From Epithemia pelagica (lineage: Eukaryota; Protista; Bacillariophyta), in the NCBI GenBank assembly GCA_946965045.2, contig OX337234.1, positions 3,472,001-3,536,000 on the forward strand: a stretch of 64,000 nucleotides of DNA, read 5' to 3'. The notes beneath the pieces are model-generated. The model saw nothing but the letters and a program-made list of their open reading frames with translations. It searched no databases and was not told the origin of the DNA. Within the stretch, counting starts at the first letter, position 1. Each line of letters opens with the position of its first letter. The position numbers and the translations under genes are program-made. Positions 46,277 to 56,445 of the stretch are shown here, one piece after another.

Positions 46277-46923
46277 TTTCTTTTTGTTTGAAACAAGTCA
46301 GATACACGGACTTTTATTGTTCGTTGTTCGCCTTTGTTTTCGTCATAGGTTACGAGATAGCGCTGTTCATGACATGCGACATTTGCAGTGTCTACGGCAG
46401 AATCTTCACTATGACAGAACCAGGGGGCAACGTCAAACGTCATAGACACAAACAAAAAAATAATAGATTATTTATCCCCCCGAGCGGGGTGAGTCCAGGA
46501 CTTTAGTGATTGAATGCACGATGTGCATTCTCTTACTCATTCCACTATGACTCTCTAGCATCCTAAAAAAACAAATCTTCTGGGGAGTAAAAAACGAGTG
46601 GAGTAATTATTACTCCACCCTGATGATCGCGACGGCTGGTTGCTAACAGATCATGTATCAGTCGCTCGCACATAATGGGGCGCGGGACCACAATTTTGTT
46701 ATTGAAGCAGATTCTCTTAGACATAATATACTGCTACTCACAAAGGCTTGAACTATCGATAGACAAACAATGTGTGCCCAATATGGCTCGACAGAGGAGA
46801 TAAAATCGGGAACTAGTTTTGCTGATGCAAAACGAAACAGCGGAGTATTTGCTTGTATTGTATAACTCCTTTTCTGTCATTCTTGACAAGGTTACTGTAG
46901 AGCTCGAATGCCTTGGTGCATTC

Positions 46924-48495
46924 TTATCCATCATTATCGCCACCTACACGACTCCTTACAATCTCTTGTGCCTGGATCAGGCAGTGTTCTAAACGAGCTT
47001 GATGGCTCTTTAGTTGTTGATTTTCCTTCATCAAGGATTCTGATGATTGTCGCAGTGACGTAACTTCTTGTCTTTGACGTTCTCGCTTCCTTTTTGAGTG
47101 CAACAGGTCCGCCATGCGTCGTTTGGCAACTCGTTCATCGACTTCTTGCTGTTGTCGAGAAGCTGGTGATGAAGATTCTTGTGAAGAAGCGTGGAGGTTC
47201 GTCGCACTTCTCGCCACCGACACCCCTGCTTCTCGCTCATGAACAGAGTGATTCAACTGGAAGGATGAAACATACTTTTCCAAGTGTTCTTCTTTTTGAC
47301 TTCGACACCAGGCATACCACTCGTCGATTTTCCATTCGCCTCCATAGCTGAGAGGAATTTCTTTCTTGTGCAGTCCAAGATCCAATAAGTCTTGTAGAAT
47401 CTGTCCAGGCTTCGTTTGGATATGCGTTTGAACGTGCGGCAAGAAAATAAAACGGCCAAACACCTGGACGACCATGTTGACGACATCGAGCGGCAGAAAG
47501 GGACGCTTGTGGTTCGGAATGCTCAAGAAGTGTAGGGCCTTGATCCGAACCGGGAAGACTCGTGTTAAGAAATACACAATTTTGTGTACAAGGGTCCAGT
47601 CAACTCGTTCATGACGAGGAGCTACTGCCATGATGAATGTTCGAACCCCGTCCAATTGAGCTTGGCTATCTTGCGTCAAAACACTGTACACATAGAAAAA
47701 GGCTCGCAATTTGTTTTCCCGCGATGCTCCCGGAATCCAATTCCGACGGTCTATCAAGACCGACTTTGGGTTTTCTCCATCACTCATACTGAGGTTTGTA
47801 TCCTTCGAGGAAGACTGCAAAATTGCAGGGAATCCTGCGTGAATCGTGCTTATGTCATCCTTCATCAAGGCTCCTTGGCCAGTCAGGGTCATGGGCAAAA
47901 AGGCTCGGTCTGGTCCAAACAAGGCCAACCGTTCCGTCCAATACAAACACAAACGTTTTGCTCCAGCCCACAAGTCGTAGTCACTGTACCGGACAAACTG
48001 CAAAGGATCTGTTTCGGTTCGAACCAGCTCTGGAATGCGTTGCATGGCTTGTAAATAGGAGGACGCACATGTTTCGTGATTGAAACTCTGGCGAATGACT
48101 CTGTCCACTTGACAGCGAATGCGATGACGCAACTCTGGTAGCTGAGACAAGTCCATTGTTGTCAAATCAACTTCGTCGAAGATACGGTCATTCTTGGTTG
48201 TTGCCAACGCTCGTTGTTCAAAAGAAGCCAAAGTTGTTGAAGCAGCAGACGCAGGAGGAGTGGTGTTTACAGATGACAATGTGAAGGTGGCTCCTCTCCC
48301 TGAAGGAACCGCAATCAGAGTGCTTGCTCTAGACGAATTCGTTCCAGCTACAGTATAGGCTCCATTCAAAATGTTGGTTGGATCAGCCTCGGCTTCTGTC
48401 CTAGAGGACATCCAAATCCCTCTTTTTGTGGAACAAGACATCCCTTGGGGCCACTGTAGTCGCGAGCCATGAGCAGAAGGATAAAAGAGACTCAT
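46924..48495 (-). CDS. Sec14/CRAL-TRIO-like + bZIP protein, paralog 6 (tandem sister of paralog 5)
   Basis: 523-aa ORF whose core and bZIP (KRRMADLLHSKRKRERQRQEVTSL) are very similar to paralog 5. Confidence 0.85.
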   Translation of the reverse strand: MSLFYPSAHGSRLQWPQGMSCSTKRGIWMSSRTEAEADPTNILNGAYTVAGTNSSRASTLIAVPSGRGATFTLSSVNTTPPASAASTTLASFEQRALATTKNDRIFDEVDLTTMDLSQLPELRHRIRCQVDRVIRQSFNHETCASSYLQAMQRIPELVRTETDPLQFVRYSDYDLWAGAKRLCLYWTERLALFGPDRAFLPMTLTGQGALMKDDISTIHAGFPAILQSSSKDTNLSMSDGENPKSVLIDRRNWIPGASRENKLRAFFYVYSVLTQDSQAQLDGVRTFIMAVAPRHERVDWTLVHKIVYFLTRVFPVRIKALHFLSIPNHKRPFLPLDVVNMVVQVFGRFIFLPHVQTHIQTKPGQILQDLLDLGLHKKEIPLSYGGEWKIDEWYAWCRSQKEEHLEKYVSSFQLNHSVHEREAGVSVARSATNLHASSQESSSPASRQQQEVDERVAKRRMADLLHSKRKRERQRQEVTSLRQSSESLMKENQQLKSHQARLEHCLIQAQEIVRSRVGGDNDG

Positions 48496-48841
48496 CGTGA
48501 CCTAAAATGGTAGTAGTAACTCAGGGTTTAAGGGAGAGAAGGTCAGTCGGACAAATGAATGATAAGAGACTTGGTACCGAGAATTATCAATGAGATCAAA
48601 ACAAATTCATGAACCAGGTGATCTACGAGTTACAGGCGCCAAAAGCTCGGACAGGTAATGGTTTGGGACGCATCAGCGGTGACATCGGAGGACAAGTGAG
48701 TCAAAAGTCGGTATAAGATCATAGATCATAGTCTCAAATCTCCCAACGCCTCATTCGTATAAAAGTATATTCTCTTGGTACTCCTGGTATCGCCAATGGC
48801 CCATAATCAGAACTCATTGTCCTGAAACAAGGTTGCTACTA

Positions 48842-48930
48842 CGTCACGTCACGGACCCTCGCCGTGACGTGACGCGTCACGAACTTGACGAATCACTGGC
48901 CAAATTGACGAAATGTGGTCAATGGTGACG
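48842..48930. promoter_or_regulatory. Cluster of eight TGACG half-sites with a 13-bp hairpin and a 14-bp palindrome
   Basis: CGTCACGTCACGG-accctcg-CCGTGACGTGACG and CGTGACGCGTCACG, plus TGACG at 48886, 48906 and 48926. Lies ~350-430 bp upstream of paralog 6. A regulatory role is inferred. Confidence 0.45.
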
Positions 48931-49135
48931 AGCCGGGATACCCGTAACAACAGCACGATAGAACGATGACTTTTCTGTATTCTTATGAATGCATCGACTA
49001 GACTAAAGAGTTTCGAACTGGGCTGAAGCAAAAAAGAAAAACTAGCCAGCAGCGTGTTCATGTCAAAACATACCAATAAAAAATGCGAGGATTCAAGACA
49101 ACACATCCACGTCTTTGAAAAAGTAGAATTCTCCC

Positions 49136-50569
49136 TCAACAATCACCGAACAGGTCCTCCATTTCTTGAGGATTCATCATGGGAGCACTCAAGTCTATAC
49201 CATGTTCGACAGCGGCATTAAGAAAAATGGGAGAATGGCGATACCATTGAAACAGACAAGACGACCAGGTCTGGTCGTTGTGGTCATCTGTTCCCCCAAT
49301 AAAATGAGAGAATGGTGCCTTGTCGGTCGTATTGCTCGATAACGTGACGGTGGGCATGGCCATCGTCGTGTTGCTGGAGCTCCTCCAAGTTGTGGCGTGC
49401 TGGTGCGGCGTGTTGACCGCACCAGCATTGGACAATATTTGTGTCATCATGGGAAACGAGTGCTGAACAATGGTGACTTCTTTTGGAATGTCATCGTCAT
49501 GATGAATGCGTGATTTCATCGTGTCCTCGCCTCTCACACTGCTGCTGTTGCTGGTGGAGGACCCGTGATTCGTAGTCGTGGGCAAAAACGGCGAAGAAAG
49601 ACTCTGCACGGGAGTGACCACTTGCTGATGTCGAGGATCTTCCAGCAGACTCGTTTCGTTCGTCAGAACTAGCGACGTTGTTGCCATGGTACCTCCACCA
49701 GAAGCATATCGAGCGGCGGTAAGTTCGAGAGAACTGCTGAGGTGAATGCTAGAAGGACAAGGCTGTAACAGTGAGACGGCAGCATGATGTGCATTTTCAG
49801 TAGTAGAGGAATCGGGGACATCCAAGGCGACTGCGTCCTTCTTTTGTTCCTTTCCATGCTCTGTTCTCTCAGCGTTCTTCTTGTGCGATAGCACAGGGTT
49901 GCGTTTCTGCTTCTTGTTGGACAGCACTGGGTATTCCGCATCACGATTGTAATTACCCGCATGAAGGGAAGTCGCCTCCTTCCGTTTCTTGCCGTCCATG
50001 CTATTGTTGTTAGCAGGGGGGTCTTCTCTTGCGTGTTCATGCATTGTCTTGGTTTTGTTCTTGTTCCTTGCCTCCCACACCTGGAGTTCCTTGAGGTACT
50101 TTGCTTTCTCTGCCTTGGCAAAGTGGCGAAGTCGATCTCGTGCTTCCTCATCCAATTGTTTCCAACGAGCGGCCACGATTTGTGCCAGGTCATGAAATCC
50201 AATCTTGCCATGAGACCTTCGATGAGCTCGTTTTCTCCGACGCTGCAAATGTGCCTCATTTGCCTTGCGCATTGTCTCTTGCGTGATCATCAGGCCAGTG
50301 CTGTCGAATTGGTCCATGCCATGCTGTAAAATCCGTTGACGTTCCAGCTGAAAAAACAAGTTATAGGGACTCAGCGGCTTTTTGGGAATAATGTGAGTCC
50401 TGTTGTTGTCCACGAACGTGGCTTCTGCTGAAGCTGTTGCTACAGAATCGGCGACGCTTGTCGTAGCATTAGCACAGGGATCGTCGATCGTTGTAGATGG
50501 TAGCATTCGGATTTGGGCATTGCTGATTGAATCCAATGTCATGGTGGACAAGAAACATTCTCCAATCAC
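49136..50569 (-). CDS. HMG-box transcription factor (477 aa)
   Basis: PKKPLSPYNLFFQLERQRIL...RRSHGKIGFHDLAQIVAARWKQLDEEARDRLRHFAKAEKAKY, a diatom-type HMG box. Confidence 0.9.
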   Translation of the reverse strand: MIGECFLSTMTLDSISNAQIRMLPSTTIDDPCANATTSVADSVATASAEATFVDNNRTHIIPKKPLSPYNLFFQLERQRILQHGMDQFDSTGLMITQETMRKANEAHLQRRRKRAHRRSHGKIGFHDLAQIVAARWKQLDEEARDRLRHFAKAEKAKYLKELQVWEARNKNKTKTMHEHAREDPPANNNSMDGKKRKEATSLHAGNYNRDAEYPVLSNKKQKRNPVLSHKKNAERTEHGKEQKKDAVALDVPDSSTTENAHHAAVSLLQPCPSSIHLSSSLELTAARYASGGGTMATTSLVLTNETSLLEDPRHQQVVTPVQSLSSPFLPTTTNHGSSTSNSSSVRGEDTMKSRIHHDDDIPKEVTIVQHSFPMMTQILSNAGAVNTPHQHATTWRSSSNTTMAMPTVTLSSNTTDKAPFSHFIGGTDDHNDQTWSSCLFQWYRHSPIFLNAAVEHGIDLSAPMMNPQEMEDLFGDC

Positions 50570-50684
50570 CTCTTAGCATAAAGTCATTGGGTCAAAGAAT
50601 TGCCAGTATTATGAAACCATCAACAGATGTCGTGTTCACGACCATGAATCGAATGATTGGGGGTTGACATTTGGCATGATAGTA

Positions 50685-52377
50685 CGAGCTCCATCAATCG
50701 ATATGGGTAACCGTAGTGGCCCGTGCTTTTCATACCCCCACTGTTTTTTCTACAGTGATTCTAACTTCGTAGGGACACCACTACGGTCATTTTGCACTGC
50801 GTAACACCACCATGACACACTCAAGCCGGTGTGCACCTCCAACGAAAGGTGCCAGCTCTCTTGCGACCATCAAGGATGCCTAAGAATCAAGTGTACCGTG
50901 AGGGAATGGGTGGGCAGGGATGAGTTGGCTTTTTTTATGGACCGACGGCAAGGTTTTGAAGTCTTCCTTATTTGGCATCCGAAACAGAGGAAGTGACCTT
51001 GAGAAGAAGACGACGACAACCGATAGAATGCATCCAGCAAGTCACCGATCATACGTCCGCATGCAGCAATCAACTCCTCGTTACTTTATAGACCGAGCAC
51101 AACATTGGAAAGCCTCGACCGTTGGTGGCTCAAACGCAACAAAAGCTGATTTGTCCAGACAAAACAAACGTGAACCGTGGGTGGAAGGACTGCGTCTACT
51201 GCGACAGACGATGGTGGTGCCGGTGGTGCGGCTGATTCCCACAGCACAATTTGAGTGGAAGAAGGAGGGGATGCCGTGAAGCTGATGGGCGGTGGTCGAA
51301 GAGCCTTGCGAGTCGACAACACTCGGCAACAACAACAACAACCCAAAACCCAAACACAACAATCAACTACTCACTCCTCGCTGCCACCGAACGAACAACA
51401 ACAACACTCGGCAACAACACTCGACAACGACACTCGGCGGCAAGACTCGGCGACAAGATGGTGTCGTCGTCCTCCTTCTTCTACCTTGCGACGAAACAAT
51501 CAACTCCTCGTCTTTTCGTTGCCCTCACCCAACAAATCGAAGCCTCGTCCACTGGTGGTAACAAGCGACGACAACGACAACCACAAGCGGCTCAACTACA
51601 AATGGCGAAACAATCGGCGACGATGTCACAGCTGATCGATCGAATGAACGAAAGAACGAATGAACGACAACAACAACACTCGGCGACAACAAAAATCCAA
51701 ACACAACAATCAACTACTCACCGCCACTGATCGAACGAACGAACGGATGAACAGACAACAACAAAAACAACACTCGGCAACAACAACAACCCCCACGCAA
51801 CAATCAACTATTCGCTGTCACCGAACCCTCTCCCCGAGACTGTGCCCTTCAACAACAGCAAGCGGTGACAACGACAAGCGACGACAACGGCATGCGACAA
51901 GACAGCAAGCGACAACAACGACAAGCGGCGACAACGACAAGCGACGACAGCGACTTCCGACGACAATGACATACTCAACAATCAACTGCTCGTTTCGGCC
52001 AAACGGCAAAACATTCGGCGACCACGGCACGGCAACAGCACCATACTCAACACCGAAACGATTGCCTATTGTACGACCTACGACACAGAGAAGCATGTAC
52101 TAAGCTAGATAGATGTTCTGTACTAGTAGCTGTTTATATGCATACTCGTAGAGGAGGCGGGTTGATTATTGTGCTAGCGCCGCCTCACCATGGTGATGGT
52201 GTGGGTGCAGTTGGTGAGAAGAATCTCGCAACAAAATGTGCAAGAGTATGAGGGCAATTCATTTTACTTTAGGAAAATGTATAGTGTAGTGAATCTCGTA
52301 GGGCCGGAAGTTCAACCGAGTATCGGAAACGTGAAGCACGGGCCACTACGGTTACCCATATCGATTGATGGAGCTCG
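50685..52377. mobile_element. Young non-autonomous Tc1/mariner-like element, 1693 bp
   Basis: Perfect inverted repeat 50681-50728 / 52334-52381 (48 bp including flanks), parsed as TA TSD + 44-bp TIR CGAGCTCCATCAATCG... A GTAC TSD parse is also possible. No transposase ORF. Confidence 0.8.
51318..52000 (+). repeat. A/C-rich degenerate modular repeat array inside the 50.7-52.4 kb element
   Basis: Recurrent modules CAACACTCGGC(A/G)ACAAC, CAACAATCAACTA, GAACGAA and AAGCGACGACAAC. Confidence 0.8.
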
Positions 52378-54008
52378 TACTCGTACTTTGTAGTCGTTGC
52401 TGGATTAGATGGAACACTTCTCCGGTCCCACGTCGGCACGAAATAATAATGATCAAGGTGAAAAATCGAAGAGCTTGATTCTGAACATAGATAGTGTACA
52501 AACACATTGTAGAGAACGTGGCTTCGAATAAATGATAAACATCCCCAAAACATTAGCCTCCCCCAGTCCCTACCAATTAAAATGATTCTTTTGACTCCCT
52601 CTGTCTATGAGAGACAAAAGCCGTTGTCCAGATTTCGCCATTATCCTCTTCTGAACTGTTCTTAGCTGTGGATCTTCATTGGGATAGATACACTGAATAA
52701 GGAAGGGGTTTAAAGGAAGTGCCGGAAGCTGAAAGTTCGCGATTCCAATGAAGCCCTTTTTGATAATGGTATGGGAACGATCTACGAGTATCATAAATAA
52801 TTATTCTTCGACGTGTTTATCACTTGTTTATCATAGAAAGATCGTAACCGCTCGGTAGCATGGACTGGCTAAACCTTAGGGACTTTTTGTCAGCGGCTGA
52901 GATTATTTCTACCTACCTACCTACTTTTTCCCTCAAGGGTTTTGCCGCTTCAGTGTGGCAAATGGGGGACTATCTAGCGGTTTTCAACAGGAACCATTAA
53001 CCAGTGGCTAAGCGGAAAGAGGACCAATTAGAAAACATTATAGTCTGTTGGGTGAGATGCGATCTACGAATATCTAATACTCTCATGTTTTTCTATTTCC
53101 CGTCTCGATAGTCCGTTGCCTTCCTAGTCCTCCATCGAAAGTATCCCGACTAACTCCTCCTATAGGAGTAAAAGTAACACCATGCACCAAGGAAATGGAG
53201 AATTAGGAACACGGCAACATCTACGGATCAGAAGTAGGAATAGGAATAGTCTGGAATACGAATTGCTCCTGCCAACTTGTCCGCCATATCATGGATCACG
53301 CTCTTTTGATGGGGTCTTTTCCCTCTTCTCGCAGGTCGCTCTTTTAAGGCTACACATTCCGCGCAAGGAGCAAGGTATTTCGCGACACAACGAGCAGGAA
53401 GAAAGCACCAACCACCACATCCACTGGAAAGTCGATCCGAAACCACATACAAATGTAGCTCGTCTAGAGGTCCCATCTTTTGCATTCTTTTTCTGTTGTT
53501 CCAGTCTCCATGAGGGTTTGAGAAGCAAGAGAAACAATAAACAATATCAAAGATCGTGATTAATTATACGTTGCCGATTGACGATAATGTCCTTACTGGA
53601 GAATCCCTAGTCGATGTACAAGATTTATGATGTTGTATGCTCTTGCTCGTTGTTCGCTTTGTCAGACATTTCTATTATTCGTCCCTCACCAAGCACATCA
53701 CAAAGCACACCAATAACCAGTGAGTTTTGTTCTGGTCGTAGACCTAATAGTAGTATACATAGACGAGAGACGAGGTTCGATTTGGGAAGATGCACGGTAC
53801 TCCCCCAAAAGCTCTTGCGAACGGCGTCGGATCAAGAGCCCAATGTAAAGCTCACTCCTGTTGTCATACTACGAAGCCGATAACACATGCGCTATTGGAG
53901 ATTGGACAGCAGAGAAACTTCCAGCCCATAGGAGAGAGTTTAATATCCGCGGTAACCGGCAAAGCCAACCTAGGAAGGTAGTCCTACCCAAAGCAAGCTA
54001 CCAGCCTA

Positions 54009-55605
54009 GTGCCTTCTCTCCGGGTGTGCCCATGACGGGCGAAAACGTACCGTTGGGCACATGTTTTCAACTAGGAATAACTCGATCAATATTAGCCCTA
54101 CGACAGTGATCTGATGCATCTTACCAATCTTTAAGGCATCCTCTGTCACCATTTGATGCTCCATTTGGCCTACATAGGACATATGGGGGTCATAGGAGTG
54201 CCTCTATTAGAAGCTTGTGGTGTGTGCAACGTGTGTGGGCACATTATGGGCACATTATAGAAACTCATGTAAAGCTCGGCTTTTAGACTTACTTCGTCCT
54301 AGTATTTGAACTTGTAGGCAACACTTGGCTCCTGAGTCTCAGAGAACTCAAAGGACAGGTTGCTACTCGGTTGTTGTGGTCGCTGGCGTTGACGACGAGC
54401 ATTAACAACAACGTCGATTCCTGTCAAGTTTTCATTCTCGTTGGCTCCAGACGGCGTGGTGACGAGGAGGACAAGTTGTGCATTTGATGAGGCCACCATT
54501 TCTTGTTCATGTTGATCTTGCTCTCATTGTTGTGGTTGTTGTTCTTGGGTGGCCACGTGAGTAATTGCAGTGGTCTGAGGGAGCTGCTGTCCCTGCTGCT
54601 GTTGCACTTGTCGTGCTCCTGCTGCTGGTGGACGGTGCGGCGCACGATAGATATCTCCAGGGAATCTGTCATCGTGATTTATCTTTCGAAGCTGGTAAGA
54701 TGTCTTGTGTAAGAGTTCACGCGTCCTGCTTCCATCCCTCATGTCGAGTAGCTCAACTTCCCAAGCCTTGCTGCCCCGGGCTTGCACAATGATTACAGGT
54801 TCATTGCTGGCCCTGATGAAAGCCCTGGACCCAGGACCAAGCTGACTTCCTCCAGCCATTCCTTCTTCTTCGTCGTCGTCTGTTTTGTCTTGCTGTTATC
54901 ACTACCCTCGACACTGTCCTTCTCTCGTTGTCTTGTTGTCGTGCTCAAGAAATTGACACTTTTTGTAATGATTCCTATTACAAAAAGGTTCAAATACTTG
55001 AACGCAAAAAGCTTCCATAGAGCATTCCTCATCCTGATGAACAATCCCGATGGGGACTGTTCAAATAGCACAAGAACATGTGTTACCATTGTATGATTGT
55101 TGGATTGGTGTGTGCGTTCAAAATTTTGGGGTACACATTTTTGTCAAAGAATCTTCTGGGTGTCCCCCGTGGGGTTCGCACTTCCGAATCAGCGCCGACC
55201 TGAACACGCCAGGCCGGACATGGCCGGGACGTGGCTGGGAAAGTCGACCATGGGACAAAAAATGGCGCAAAAGTGTTGCAATGCATCTGCCAAAAACGTC
55301 TCGACGTCTTATCATGGTCATAGGACTGTCATGCGACCTCCCATAATGGTGGGCCCACATGTGCCCAAGTGTGCCCACATGCACCATCACGGTGCACAAG
55401 CCCCCAATGGAGGCGCTCATATGACCTAGATATGTCATATATGGGTGTCATGGCATATCAAATGGTGACAGAGGATGTCTTGAAGAAAAAGTTTGAGCAT
55501 CCACATGTTGCCGTAGGCCTAATATTGGTCATGTTATATCTAGTTGAAAACATGTGCCCAAAGGGTCGTTTTGACCTGTAATGGGCACACCGCTAGAGGA
55601 GGCAC
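54009..55605. mobile_element. Non-autonomous element with long (~250 bp) degenerate TIRs, ~1.6 kb
   Basis: Exact inverted blocks TTGGGCACATGTTTTCAACTAG (54053-54074 / 55540-55561) and CATCCTCTGTCACCATTTGAT (54137-54157 / 55457-55477). Ends CCTA|GTGCC...GGCAC|TAGG, giving a TA or CTAG TSD. Confidence 0.75.
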
Positions 55606-55931
55606 TAGGAGTATAGTGACTATACCTATACCCCCAGGTGCAAGCAGCATGGCAAAACGATGTGATGATAGGAGTCTGTTCGAGCCAGAGCCAGGTAGAG
55701 TGGCTTTTTTCGTTGGGCCATGGGTATGAAACGTTCGCCAGAGGAACTGTGGACTTCACGAGTCGGAATCAAATACGATTAGGATTAGGAGGATAGGTAG
55801 GAGTAATAACTAGAATCTTGAGTTGGAATCCGAGGAGATCTCATGGTTGAGAAACCAAGGACGCATGAGGTGCAAGGGATACTATGGCGTTTTATGGGTA
55901 GACTCTCATCTACCTTTCAAACGAGCGACCA

Positions 55932-56396
55932 CATGCGACTGGAAATCACCCTCATTAATACACCCCAGCAGATTCGGAAAAGGGGTTGGTCGCATGTGTT
56001 CTGATGACAATAAAGTCAATTCCGAGTACATTTACCCCGCGGAGGCGTAAACGCTAATCAACCCCACAATCATGTCACGCTCTCGTCACTCTATAGCAAT
56101 CGAGAAGAGAAGATACCAACAAGACATGGTATCACCATTGACGACGTCTTCGTCGCCAGAGGATAATGCCAAGTATCCAATGGTCGTCGAGGAAAGGGCG
56201 TATACACTACATGTTGTTGTCGCTGGCTGTCGTGGTGGTGGCCCTGAAATATGGCGGGAGTATAGGAAAAGGTACTCTTGCTCAAAAAGACCACATTCGC
56301 CGCGACAATGTGCTTCCAGACCTCGACTTGGGGTGTATCCAATTCCAACTGGCAGACGGAATGATGGTTGTCATTGCTGTGTTGTTGATACAATTG
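55932..56396. repeat. Chimeric partial duplicate of 58518-58769 joined to 60289-60499
   Basis: Shared strings CAATTCCGAGTACATTTACCCCGCG and GACGACGTCTTCGTCGCCAGAGGAT, then GCCAAGTATCCAATGGTCGTCG...GATACAATTG. About 1.5 kb is missing at the junction near 56168. Confidence 0.85.
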
Positions 56397-56445
56397 GCCG
56401 AGTGCAATCCTGGCCCAGGCACTCGGGGGTGCACAAGCTCACCAC

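Noticed and set aside
51318-52000. CRISPR-like repeat array
   Set aside because: Repeat and spacer lengths are irregular, modules are low-complexity, there are no cas genes, the context is eukaryotic, and the array lies inside a TIR element.
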